From Perna viridis (Eukaryota): 64,000 bases of DNA. The notes below the pieces were generated by a model. It was given only the letters and a program-made list of their open reading frames with translations, did no database searches and was not told the origin of the DNA. How positions within the stretch are numbered: position 1 is the stretch's first letter; every line of letters starts with the position of its first letter. Shown here in pieces: positions 13,787 through 27,514 of this stretch. The stretch covers positions 11,800,699 through 11,864,698 of the forward strand of contig CM074519.1 of the NCBI GenBank assembly GCA_037379345.1. The letters run 5' to 3'. Made by a program: the position numbers and the translations under genes.

Positions 13787-16424
13787 CAGACCATTTTACC
13801 TTAATACTATAGTTATCTACTTGTAAGCAATATAGGAAGAAATCCCTCCCTGACATCAAATATTGATGACTCCACTGATGAACGACCATTTTTTATTTAT
13901 TTATGGTCTAATGTTACCTAAACCTAATTATAGAAAGACCGAGGACTTGGCTTTGTGACCATATATTTTTTTCTACCTGTAACAGCAACATTGCTTATAC
14001 ATTCTGCAGATTATCACTGATTCATAATTGATAGTTTCTATGATTAAAGATTTGGTCTCCAGAGAACAGCAATCATGGAGTCAAGCAGTCAATACCGTTT
14101 TAGCTTATTATTGAAGATTAGGACACATTTTCCAAGAAAAACTGTCACAAATAATACAGATAAATTGCTCACATTGTCACATAAGCAATATTGTCAATGA
14201 ATTTGATTGCATTCTTCTGCTAAAATCAAACTCCATTTTGTCAATGTGAGAAAAAGGGGCTTGACAGTCTTCAGATTGGATTTAATTTACTTAGATGTCG
14301 TCAACTTCACTGATATAATTATTCTCCCTTTGTCAGCAGATTCTTTATTATTTGATGTAAAATATGCCTAAGGACTACAGTCACTGTCCTCAATTCCTAC
14401 AGTAGAGGTCAAGGAGAGCCTCAAGGTTTCATTCAGTCTGTCTCTCTGTTTATAAGTATATCATTTACTATATCTAGAACTGGGGATTGAGCATTTTAAT
14501 TCAGTATATTAATGAAGATATATATTACAATTGTCTTATTGGCAAAGTTTATAACAGTTGCAGTTTCATCTAATGCTGTAATTGTTGTAGGAAGTCAACA
14601 GAGTCAAAGTATTTTTTATCTATTTTAAGATTCCACTAAAATAAATACAATTAAAGCCAAAACTTTGATTTCTAAGGTCTCATTTTCTTTTTCCCAACAT
14701 GCATGTATTAGTCTCAACTTGCAAACTGAGATATGAAAGCAACTGATTTATAAAATGTACTTAGTTGTTAAAAAGGTTCATTTTTATACTTTTAAAAATC
14801 TTTTAATCCCTGATTTTTCTTATCAATCTTTTATGAAAAATGTGCATGTTTGGGACTGATTCGTGTAACCACTCCACTGTCATTCCATGACATGTACCTG
14901 TCTTGAAGTTCGTTCTGAGAATAATCCCTCTTGCATGTCTAAAAATAGAATTCCCACTGTGAAATGTCATGTTTCTTTACCTCTCTGACACAATAAGGGA
15001 GATAGGATTTGGTAGAACTCAGTGCCATGAAACAACTTAATACTCCTTGCATAATAATACAATTCTGACATGCCTTACAAAGGGGGATAAAAGATGGGGG
15101 GAAATCCTTTTAATCTCACCACAGGAAACCTAAGATTCGATCTCAATCTCATTACAAATCTTCTTGACATTACCAGTCCAATAAAAAATGTTAAATTTAC
15201 TGCAATATTCACAAACTGGACAAAGAATGATTTGACATAATTTTACAGATCAATTATCTCTGTGTTCATTATAAAGAATTTTTAACAATTTTGTCTAAAT
15301 CTGACTTTAGGAAAATATAACCTACTAAAATTAGTGTAAGTTAAAATGTCCACCTTTACAGAAAGGTGCAACTTTCTAAAAAAAATTTCAACAATTAGTT
15401 CAGGAATGTGCAAAAATACTATTGGTGAAATAGACATCTTGACAGAGACAACAGTTATGAAAACAACTCCTTTGAAATGAACAACATCAAATAAAGTCAA
15501 CAAAGATCTCTTAAATTAAAACTGTCAACCCTGGAATCACCTTTCTACTTTACAACAATATAATATACAGTTTATGAATAACTCCATTTTCTTGTGGATC
15601 CTATGAATGAAAACATGTCATCCTTAATTTTTGTTAATTAGTCTCAGATGTCATTGTTATGAGAGTTTTTTAACACCTTCATCATAAAATGCACTGTTTA
15701 ACCCAATGGATTGATGGCATTATATCAAGAATAATGTTTAATTTCCTCAAGATTAAACACTGTCATTTCTTTGTTTTTTTTCAACTTAATTCTGTAGGCT
15801 GATCTGACTACCCCCTGTAAAGAAACTGAAAGGTGATTTCAATTTCCATTTTATGCAGGAAATCATAAAGTAAAAGCTTGCAGAGGCTGTAATTGAAAAT
15901 GTAGGAATATAATTCAAAATTTCACAACACTGCCTCTTCTCTGAAATATGTTTCAGATCCTCAAAAACCTATTCTCTCACTAATACCAACAGTTTATTAT
16001 AGATTATACATCAGACACTGACACAAATTCAATTATTCAATCACCAACCACATGTATTTACTTATGACACCCTCTCTAATCTTCTTAACAAGGCATCCTA
16101 ATTAAATTACCTCTTCATCAAAGACTAGCCCATCAGCAGGTGTAAAAATACAGGTAAATACAATCAAACAACAGCAGTCAATGCCAAGCTGATCAAGTAC
16201 AGTATCTTAGATAGTAATTAGAAAGGGTGGATAAGGAGACAGCATATATGTACATGTACTAAATACGCCTGAAGTAATTGAAATACAGTGTAACAATTCT
16301 CCCAAGATTTGTATAATCTTTCAATTTTTGTAGTTCATAATTTGCCACTCAAGGCTTTCCAATCTGAGTACAAGTAGTTCATGTATTAACTAAATAAAGT
16401 TATTGGGACACAAAATAATTCACC

Positions 16425-16500
16425 AGACAGGTTTTACTGTATCAGAATGGAAGTGAAGACCTTTTACTGTGTCAGAATGGAAGGAGACAGGTTTTACTGT
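16425..16500. repeat. 30-bp tandem repeat x ~2.5
   Basis: AGACAGGTTTTACTGT(A/G)TCAGAATGGAAG units; the core resembles the TIR of the 55005 MITE family. Confidence 0.7.
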
Positions 16501-19500
16501 GGAGAACAGTTATGGCCAGGTACATTTGAGACATTCCTAAACCAGGGGAAAATGAAATCCACATAGATAAAGGAAACTTCAGGAAGTTTGTAATCATATT
16601 AAAATGAATGAAATCATGAAATAATGTGGAGATTACCATTGAGAATTACCTATAAAAGAATAAGTTTTCCATCTTGAATTGATATAAAAATTCAGTGCAA
16701 CTTGAAGTCTAGACATTCTGTCAGACTATAAGTTTGATTTCTCATTGAAAAGGGTAATTGAAAGGCCAAAATTGAGGACAAAATGTCTGTGTATTGCTGT
16801 TTAATCTACCAACAAAAATATTTTTAAAAACTTGGACTCACTAATTACCTTACCTTATCTAAGAGGCTGAAGTTTGCTTCTTGCTCTTTTCAAAGAGAGT
16901 TTAACTTGAAAAAAACTAAATGAAATATAAAGTTAAAAAGATCAGTTTATTCAACTGATATTCTATTCTTAAGCAGTAAAAAGACTGCAGCACTTCAAAA
17001 TACAGAGAATAAAAAAGAATAAACTTTGACCTATGACCTTTTGTCAGCTTGATGGCCTAATGTTACACCATCCACAAAGCAAAACCATAAGTTTCTTTTA
17101 ATGGTGACCGATGACTCTGACAATCTATTTTCTTGTCCAGACCCGTACCCGGGCACCTGCGAGGTGAACGATGTTCTGTAATGAATTATATCATTATAGA
17201 CCCAGGAAGAGTCTGAATCAATCATATATTTAATGTTACAGTGGGCTTTAGTTAGAAATCACTTAATCAATATTCTGTTATACTGTTCAGAGAAATGAGT
17301 GAAAAAATTTATCTGGTGGAAATTCCCAGGTTGCTTGTAGAAATTGTAGAATCAGGTGCATCGGCAGAATTTTTATAACTTTAATATGCATTTTGCTCTC
17401 TATCTGTTAAAATGTGAATTATTAATTTGATTCACAGAAAACAAGATGCATCAAAAAATAAGAAAGTAAAAAGCTGTTATTTTACTTAACCACATCAAAG
17501 GACCTACTTGCTGACAATCTTTGATGCTAATACTGACACAGTATAACAGCTAGATTTTATAGCTAGCAGCTAATTGTACATGTACATTGTATGTATTGGA
17601 AGGTGACCTAAGGAAGAAGTTTCTATAGCATGCCATTATTTCTAATATCATGGTTCCCAGGCTGCAATGGCAAACTTGGATGCATATCCAAAGGTTTTTG
17701 GAAGGGGAGCTCCAGGCTATTTTTTGCTAATTTTTGAATAATTTTGTTCCAAACCCCTAGAACACCCTCTCTACCCCAGATCATCCACTGAAACCAAGTC
17801 TCTCTTTCAATTTTGAAAATTGCTAATCTCAGCAAACTAAGACTGTTTACAGACCTCTGCCATTTGAATTCATTGCTATTATCTCTTAGATCACTGTGAT
17901 CATACAATTCTATCAAACATTGATGCCTATTTGTCAGCAGGGTTTCCCAGGAGATTTTGAAGTGAGGCTGTAAGAATGTGAGTGACACTTTAAGCTGATT
18001 AAGTATCCTACAACAAACATGCTTCACCAGGATCCAATACATCACAATGTTAACCCCACTTCCATGAGCAGACAACTGTCACAGAAATCAAGGATGGACA
18101 AGAGACAGATCTCTACTAGCTTCAAAGTCTCAATAGTTAAATAATCTGAAAGTGTCAGACAAATTCAGGACCAAGGTAAATTGCTTCAATGAATATCAGC
18201 ACACCAAATTATTCACAACTGAAAGTTAATTCCAGAGGGGGAATGACCACTGAAATTCATCTTTATCATTGTTTTTTCTATTGATCGGAAGATTTGCTTC
18301 TTCTTTTTTCTGATACATCTCATAACTAACATGATTAGATTCAGGCTTATAACTGTATACATAACAAAGATAGACCATAGCGAAATTACAAGATGAAAGG
18401 AATTAAGACAATGGTTAAATAAGGACCGAAGACATCACTGACCTAGTCAAGTACAAAATTGTTAATGGAACAGAGATTTCTTTGTTGTATATTTTGGAAA
18501 AGAAAAAATCACAAAGAAAAAAGGCGACCTTCACAAAAACAATGATTATTATTATTATATTTGTTATAATTGAATTTTGTAAGACTAGATTTGACCATTA
18601 ATATTACCTATTAGTCTTAATTTGGCCTAATCTCTAACATATGCCAAATTTAGTGTTTTCAGATCAACATTTAAGTTATGCATTCTTTATACCATTTTTT
18701 CAGGTGTTATCATCGTTCCAAAAATAAGATGTCTATGTAATATTTGAAACCCTGCTGACCTCAAAACTGAAAAAACATGTCGCTGTTTGTCAAGATGAGG
18801 AAACACAGAAAAAGACAAAACGGGGTCATTTAGTGAGACACATCACAAAGCAACTACATCTTCTTTAGACGAGAACATCAAGGGTCAATGTTGAAACTAG
18901 AATAAACATCTTTTTATCTCGGCACTAATGGATGTAAAACGGAAGATGTGTTTATGTTACACCATGCTAACAAGGACACAAGGAAGTCGCAGCTACCAAA
19001 TTTATTCTGGATGTCTACTAAGTGAAAATAAAATTATCCTGTTTAGGGAAGTGTGTTTATGCATATTTAAGACCTGCCTATGTTTGGTTAACATTTTAAA
19101 GAAAATCAACAAATAATGTATAGATATAGAATAGGTTTGTGATTTGGAAAAACAATATCAAGATCAACCTAAGGCAAAGCTTACAAGTACTGACACCATC
19201 CCTCTTAACCACTGAAAAGCCTAAAGCGATAGATTAAAATCAATGTATTTTTGTACTTATATGAGCCTTACATTTTTTTTTAATAGTGTGAAAGCACTAC
19301 AAAAATCATACAAGTATGAATAACATAATTTGTCAGTTTGTAATAATATTTGACCCTTCAAATGGTTAAAAAGTTCAGGTAAAAGCTTTCACAGGTTCTG
19401 AATGTCATTAATTGGCTGTTGATTAAAAGGAATATATCAAATATTTGAAAACTAAGCCGACTCTTACATTTCTTATGTTTCTTTTAAAAAGTGTTTACAT

Positions 19501-22500
19501 ACGAAATTTATACAAGATAATGACATCACAACAAAATCTCAGAAACACTGATGTTTTTTTTACGATCTAATAAACACAAATAAAACCATATCTATTTCTA
19601 CATTATACAGGATATTATTGAAATACTCTCAACTTAACAGCACTTTTAATTAGCAAAAACCCACACATTAAAAAAGAACTAGGCAAAGTTCTTAAAATGT
19701 AAGACACTCTTAAAATCCTGTTAACTGCACGAGTGGTCAACCAAGGAGAAGTACTTTATCCTTTATCAAAACAAGAATTTAAAATTAGAAGTTCTGAATG
19801 GGTAGAGAGCACAGGCGTTCAACTTTTGACAACTTTTAAATCCAGCTTAATTCAGCCTAAAGGAGAAGCCGATTTTCCATAATTAATGCAATTTACCTAT
19901 TATATAAGTAATCTTATTAGATTAAATTCTTTAGATTATGTATGTTTTATTCACCATCAAAACCACTTAAGTCAAAATCTGTATTCAAACGGACTACGGA
20001 ATGACAAGTAAAGTCTATCTGTCTTAATATAAATGTACTCTTCCCAACATCTTTAGCAAAAGATTAATCTTCCCGTTAAAAATATCTTGTCAAAATTTAA
20101 ACATATTTTTATAAATAAGCTTCATAAAGTAGAGTATAAAAAAATGAATTCATGTTCAACTTGTGAAAAGGATGCGCACTGCTAAATCCCTGTTCACAAT
20201 AACTTTTTAAGCAAGAAACAACATAAGATGTTTGTTTCTTGTTGGTAATCTTTTGGCATGATGTATAATGAGAGGTTGAATTTAGTCTATACAAGGATAC
20301 CCTGCAAGACCTCTACTCAGACATGTAAAAATTTCACAACATGAAGATTGGTCTACTTATTTCAGACATAATTCTTGAGAAAATTTAATAAATTTTCAGT
20401 GCAATATGTAAATAAAAAAGTAATAAGCAAAACTTATGAAGATCGTAATATTATTGATTCTACTGTTACCCTAATAAAGCAGTCCCACACAAATATACAC
20501 TGGCAAATGTCATGAGAAAAGAAAATTTCCACAGAAAATATACACTTGCAGGTGTGAAAGTAAGAAATTAAATTTTCACAAGTAAAGCCTACGATGGATC
20601 TAACAAATGTCAATTATTCCGCACAGAACAAATCGAGATGTCAACCAATATATATTTTTCTATTGATGGATGAACTTACACTAAGTTTAATTGATAACTA
20701 CCATATTTGTCAAGCTTATCGTTTTCCCATTAAATTACTGATGTCTGTAAAATACTACTTATCTATTTAGCAATTAAAAAAATGTATCCATGATCAATCC
20801 ATTTCCATTAATTAGAGAGTAGCCTCCCCTGACAATACTAATTTGCCTATCTTCAGTCATGTCAGTACTTTTATGTTAGCAGGAAAAATAAATCAATGAG
20901 ATTTTTTTCCATGGATAGTAATTGCCGGGGAGACAGAGACCGATAAATCTGATCTGGCCTTAGGGGGGTGTGAAAGAAATTGTCTAATGGTGGATAATTA
21001 TAGCTTCACTTAAGCTGTTTGTTTATGGATTGCTTGCTTGATGAAATGGCAAAGTTCCCCATTCCAAAACAATATTCAAATAAAGGCAACAAATTGATTT
21101 CTCAACCAAAGTTGTTCTGATAAAAGATTTGAATGGAACAAAGTTACAGAACACTTTAAAAATTGAAAGTCAATTGTAAGTATAATGTTAATCTTTAGAA
21201 ATAAGAAAAAAGCAACTCATTAAATTCACATTTGGAAATGTATTTTTATATTTCAAATAGATAATTCATGCCTTGAATTTCAATTTTTCATAGTTCAAAG
21301 TTTCATCTTTTTAATTGGCAAACCTCAAAGACTGGATGCTTAAATAGCCATTAATTTCACGTCTTTGATGTTACTAAGGGGGCAAAAATGGATGATATAA
21401 TACTTAATGTATTAATAGATATATAAGTATTTTATTTTTGCACGCTTTTAAAGTACCTACTGATAAATTTGTGAAAACGTGAACTTTACATACATGTAGA
21501 ACAAGCAAGATTAACATAAATTTGCTATTTACAGCAATTCTACTTTAGGTCAATATCTTTTAGATTGCTTTCAACAACATTTTAATTTCTATCACCAAAT
21601 TTGTGAAGGCTTTCAAATTGTAAAGAAGATTCAATTTTAATTAAACCCTACGAAAAATCTAAAACACAATATTACAAGTTAAACTAACATTACTGCATAC
21701 TAAGTAAGCACCTTGCAAGATAATTTGGTGAGAAACTTTGAATTTGGACGATACATGACGGAAGTTTTACTTAGATACAGATGAAATTTACATAAAGCAA
21801 CAAAGGACACCTTTCAATCTTTCAAACCATTGATAATTCACTATTTTTCAAACTTATACAACTTTACAGGATATAACAATATATATTTGTAATAAATTTC
21901 ATCGTGTAAGCAATTATTAAATTTCTGAGGTAAAAATTAGTTACACTTCACTTTCACTTTACAAAAATTTTTAAAAGTAAAATGTTATACAATGACTTAA
22001 GTATTCAAATTTCCATCTTAGTATAACACACCCAGTTTCACATCATCAAAGGGTTGTGGTTTTTATTGAGGTAACGGATGACATCAGTTTTTAAAGCATG
22101 CTCTGTCAAGATTTAGTTGCCTTCTCTATACATGCTGGTACATGCAGGAAGAAAGTGTGGGATACAGACTTTATAAATAACCTTACATTACCAATAAGTC
22201 AAAGTGCTTTCCTATAAAACAGTCGGAATTTCAAAGACAAGAAATTTATATCAATCATACTGAAATCAAATCAATTGTATATATTGTTAATCATGGGTAC
22301 ATAGACCTCAAATCATGAAAAAAAACAATATCAAATTTTTACTTTTAAAATTCTGCATACTGGAATCCAAATAAATATAAATCACATACCATTGGACTTT
22401 TAATATCCGCAAAGCAATAAATTACTACAGCAAAAACAGAATTTGCATTTTTCATTCATTCAGAGTTGTAAAGAAAAATGGCTATTATAGAGGTAGTGAC

Positions 22501-22739
22501 ACTTCCTGGCAGTCAAATTCATGTATCAAGAACTTCCAAGGCTTATAAAGCATGACTTTAACATGTAATAGGGATATGTTATACCAATGGTTAAAATCTT
22601 GCAATTCTTTTTTAGACTATCATTCTACCATAACCCATGTGCCAATGATACTTAATGAAACCATCATATCTCTGAACCAAAAAAATCAAAAACATCAGAA
22701 AATAACCAAAGGACCACCATCCACTAGCACACTTCTAGA

Positions 22740-22880
22740 AATATTGGATGCTACTTCTCGATAACCATCCTAACAATTTTGGATGTATTATATCCTAAAT
22801 GTCTCGATAACAGTCCAAGCAATATTAGATGTAAGGTCTTGGTAACCATACAAGCAGTCTCAATAACTTTGGATACTAAT
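22740..22880. repeat. Decayed ~40-bp tandem repeat (boundaries approximate)
   Basis: Recurring TCTCGATAAC...TCC...CAATATT(G/A)GATG motifs. Confidence 0.45.
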
Positions 22881-25446
22881 AATAATGTCTTAAACTGCAA
22901 CAGCGAAAAACAGAATGCTTTCCACTACTTTAGATCCGACAAAACTTCAGACACAACTGAATTATGCCCAGTTAAACTATCAGTGAACCATGGTAATAGG
23001 TGTAATTAATTATTTACTACAAACAAGACAAATGATTAAAAGGTCTATTAATGACAGAGAAAAAATACAATGTGATTGTAGTGATACTATATATAGAGTG
23101 GCCTCCTTTTTATTGTTACTTCTATCAGTTCCTGTTAAATACTTGATGTGAGTTTGCATAGCTGATGTCTTGTATGCATTGAATGGAAACTAATTACAAC
23201 TAATTATAGATTAAGAAACACTGTCAACATTCAGCAAAGATAAGTAAATGAAAGCTCAGTGACATGAAAAATGTGTATTGAATTTAAAACTAGTAGTTTA
23301 CAGTGCAGAAGCTGGATTCGGACTCCAGTTTGGGAGGGTTGGGGAGATCTACACTGATAAAAATTGCCTTGAAAAACAACACAGCAGATTGCCAAAATTT
23401 CATTGAAAAAGACATTTTCTTGTAGAAGAAGGCAAAAAACATGTACACATCGTTGATTCCTAACAATGAAAGGATGCAGTCCTACATGATATATACAAGT
23501 AAACATACAGAAAACATATTTAAACCATTATGTCCTTGACCTTGCAAGCAATAACTGCAGTCGAAATCTAAGGATAACATTTCTCTGTAGAAAATATCCC
23601 ACACCTAAACAGAAATTGACTGTGAAAGCTTGACAGCGGCCTTTGTTAACTTTTCCTAATTAAAGGACTTTAAAGCAATTTAAAATGTTTTGTAGGGGCT
23701 CCCAAAGACTTATGGACCAATTAAAGAGACTGTTTTAATAGACAGAAATTTGTGTTGTAAAATGTTGAAGACTGAAAATATGCAGAAATTTGAAACATGT
23801 GCAAAACATCAAAGATTAGGACACAAAGAGCTTCAAATTGATATAGAACATCTGGGAATTAAAGACTAAAATTCTCCCAAGTCAATCATTTTTGCATAAG
23901 TCACTATTCTTACTTAAACACCTCAACACAGATTCCAGAAAAAACAACGGTTTTTCCTAAAATATACTTCTGCTTCACATACAATACTCTATCAATAGTT
24001 CTATTGTTTGTTTAGCTTCCATCACGCAATTACGCCATTCAATCATACAATTGTGGAGGAAAAACAAAATGCAGCTTTTGCAAACATAAACCTCAACATT
24101 TTTCTGAAAAAAACAGAACAACAGAAAACATTAGCAATTCCCTGTTTCAAAATCATGTGTCGAGAATAAAATTTGCACTTTTTCCTTCATTACTAACTTC
24201 TAATTGATTTTTTAACAAAACAGCAACTAAAGCAAAACAAATTTTAAGGAAATACATTTACATTTAATTGAAAAACTAATCAGGCAAAAATGCCTATAAA
24301 GCCCTATTCTAATTTTTTTTAATCCACACCATAAGAATCAGCATGAGCATAGGAGAAAAGTGCATGAAGACAAAATATGATTCAAATCATACAGTTGGTG
24401 GTTTTCCTTGTAAGGCCATTACACTTGCTGATCTAACATTTGTGAAAGGGGATTCCTATCAGTTCCAGACTTTATCATGCAAAACATTCTGCACAAATAA
24501 GATTTTTCAACTAAAGGGAGGTTCCAGCATTCTGAATCCCCATACTCCCTGGATCCATCACTGAAACTGCAGTAAATTTTGCAAAGTTCATGTGTCATTT
24601 CTGGAAATTTCTACTGGCACATTATTGAAAATAGAAATTCTCATGAATCAATTTGCATTAGCTTTTATCATCCAAATCTTATGTAAAATATTGAAATAAT
24701 CTGCAAATATCATTTTTAATCTGAAAAACATACATTCAAGTCACACACAACTTGCCAAAAAACAAGTTTTTTAATCGGTTTCATCATTAAGAAGACAAAA
24801 TGAGTCATTCATGATATTTTGATCAGCGATTTTATTTTACATCATTCTGCGACATCAGACTAAACAGTAAATTATAAATACAGGGTAGGTGGCTCTGCTC
24901 CATTGAGCTGTAACCACAAAGGTTTAAATAAATACAAAAATTGACAAATAAAAAGAAAAGCAAGTCATAATATTTTGTTTCGCTATCATAAATGCTATTA
25001 TAGTGTTTTTATTTTTCCCACGTCATTTGGTAAAGTACATTAGTGAAGCAAAGAGCTCTTTCAACAGATTCAGTGATTTGGGAGAAGCCCTTTTACGTCA
25101 AGCAGGAAATATCTCTAGACAACTTTTAACTTTTACCCTTGCTAGTTTAAATCTGATTTGTTAAGTGAAGTGATTTTTGTTCGTAACTCAATAGTAGTCA
25201 ATAAATGTATAATGAAAAAGGACCCAGAAAATTACCAGTTAAAAAAAATGAAAAAAAAACAAAAGCTTGCAAAACTTACACACATAAATTATTTTCCTCA
25301 AGATAATGATGATAAAAGGATTTTGAAACCAAACGAGTAAAGAAATTTGGAAACATGATATAATATAGCTAAAAGGCATGATCTATAAATTCTCAGGAAA
25401 TGTACAGTACCTTCCCTTAGGTCTAGTTTCCTATTTACTATCATCC

Positions 25447-25598
25447 TACACTGCAACCTGTCAATAAAGAACCTTGAATAACCTGAAAACCTGTCTAACC
25501 CATACACTCCTAAAAGTCCCTTTACATGAACTTTGTAAACCAAACACCTGAACCAATTTAACAAAGAAAAAGTTTAAAGTTAGAAAAGTTTCACTGTA
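25447..25598. mobile_element. Degenerate relative of the 55005 MITE, inverted
   Basis: TACACTGCAACCTGTC...CCTGAAAACCTGTCTAA...AAGTTTCACTGTA; shares terminal and sub-terminal motifs. Confidence 0.5.
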
Positions 25599-26375
25599 CA
25601 TGTAAAACTTTTAGAAATTAAACCCCACTATGAGGCACTTTTACATGCTGAACAAGATCACTTCAGCCTTAGACTATGGTTCTCTACAAAATAAAGTGGT
25701 CTAGTAACTCAACATTCAGAGTTCAGATCACCAACCTATTAGTGTATACATAATAGCAAATCATCATCACCCATTAAATGAGCAATTTCAGACAAGATAC
25801 AGCATTTTAAGCTAGCTTTTTTGCTCCAATAACAACTAATCTTCATACCAAATAAAATCTATATACACCTATTCAGCAAGTATTGACCTGAATCAACTTT
25901 ATGCTTGAAGTGAGGAGAAAAGATACATATTTTAAAATTCCTCTCACTTGACATCAAAATTCTGAGACTACTAACGGTAAAATGCTTAATACTGGGTTTC
26001 AACAATCAAATCTCTTTCCCTGATGAATGTTTATTCAAATTGAGTTCACACATCATCGCATCATCATTTCATTTAAATATCGTTACAGTCAATTCGTAAA
26101 CACCGATTCACGTCAGATTGATTTTCTTTTGCACTTCCACATTGTTCAGCCGGGGATACTGTTTTTTAATGTAGGAGATTATTTGACGAGAAACCGTCGG
26201 AAGCATGTAAAAATGTTAATATTAAATAACGTTGAATTAATTCCAATGAACATTATCGTTTTATGTATTACAAGACAAGTTTTCACTAGTCTCATGCTAA
26301 TCCTGTATGAAAAGTGTCACTATATCTTCTACAGAGGGGAAACTGATTATGAATTTTTAATGTGATGTTACTAAA

Positions 26376-26783
26376 AAGAGTAATCAAGGGAACCAAGGCC
26401 ATAGCAGTAATCAAAAGAATGTAATCAAGGGACAAAGACCAGACATGGAAAACAGACATACACAACAAAGAACATAAAATAACTAAAATCATACATACAA
26501 AGTAACAAAAGTAAATGAGCAACTCGGACTCCACTAAAAACTGGGAGCATGGACCAGGTGCACCAGTAGGGTAAGCATCCTCTGCTTTTCTAGAAACACC
26601 CGCCGAGTTGCTCATAAAAAGTCAAGTCCGGGGGGGACAAACGAGGGAAGGAAAACTATGACCCATTGAATAAATCAGTTTTCATGGTGCTCATGGATAC
26701 ACCATAACGATCCACGAGTTCATGATAACGACCATAAAACTTCTGTAGTGATGACTTCAATCTTGTAGCAACATAACCCTGTT
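26376..26783 (-). mobile_element. 5'-truncated retroelement (probably Penelope-like): ORF C-terminus plus 3' non-coding region
   Basis: Minus strand 26781-26656 translates QGYVATRLKSSLQKFYGRYHELVDRYGVSMSTMKTDLFNGS*, resembling C-termini of invertebrate Penelope-like reverse transcriptases (from recall). The terminal ~220 nt recurs at 44525 and 57048. Confidence 0.75.
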
Positions 26784-27385
26784 ACTAACTGTGCAGTCTT
26801 AAGAAAAAAGTTTATACCTGTACAAGAAACTTCAAATATACTTTACATTTAGAGTTTCTCACTTATAACTATGGAAGACAAGAAGCGATATTAAAAAGGT
26901 CCTAAAAATACATATCATGAAAAAATTCAAGAAGTCCAGGACAGAACCAGCCTAAATGACAATAAGCATCAAATAGACTTTGTTGGTGACCCAGGTAAAA
27001 AGGGCTTTATCTTCATATTTGGCTGTTTTTCCCTTAACAAGCTTGAACCTTCTTTTATGAATACATTGTTGTCCATTAGAAAGAATCAAAGGTACACTTA
27101 ACTATTTTTAGTCTACCAATCCTTAATCAATTAGTTTTTCTGTGCTATTTCCTTTGAAACTTGCACTTTCTTTTTTTTGTTGCCTTGAGCAAGTCCTGTC
27201 CTTAATTAAACATGAAAATATGCCATTGAATACAAGTTAATTGGCTACTAACATGACTATGTATTTCATCAGTCTTGTTCTGTTGTCGCTAATGACCACA
27301 TTTAATGGGCATCGCCATGTTATATCGGCTTCCTAATTCATGTTTACCTTGTGCTTCCGTCTAGCCAAAAATAAGTGATGACCAA

Positions 27386-27514
27386 AAGTCAAGGGAGGTC
27401 AAAGAAGAAAGAAGAACCTCTATAGTAAGTTAAGGGTGGGCCAAATCAAGAAAGGGGAACCTTTTTAGTAAGTCAAAGGAGGTCAAATAAAAAAAAAGAA
27501 GACCTCCTTAGTAA
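27386..27514. repeat. Degenerate ~42-bp tandem repeat x3
   Basis: Recurring AAGTCAAGGGAGGTCAAA...GAACCTC...TAGT. Confidence 0.7.

Noticed and set aside
17623-18075. Longest supplied ORF (150 aa)
   Set aside because: No recognisable domain, non-ATG start, overlaps a decayed short-repeat-like segment; chance ORF.
26292-26615. Hydrophobic 107-aa ORF (and similar ORFs at 44582 and 11536) resembling a membrane protein family
   Set aside because: Translations of the T-rich 3' non-coding part of the repeated retroelement.
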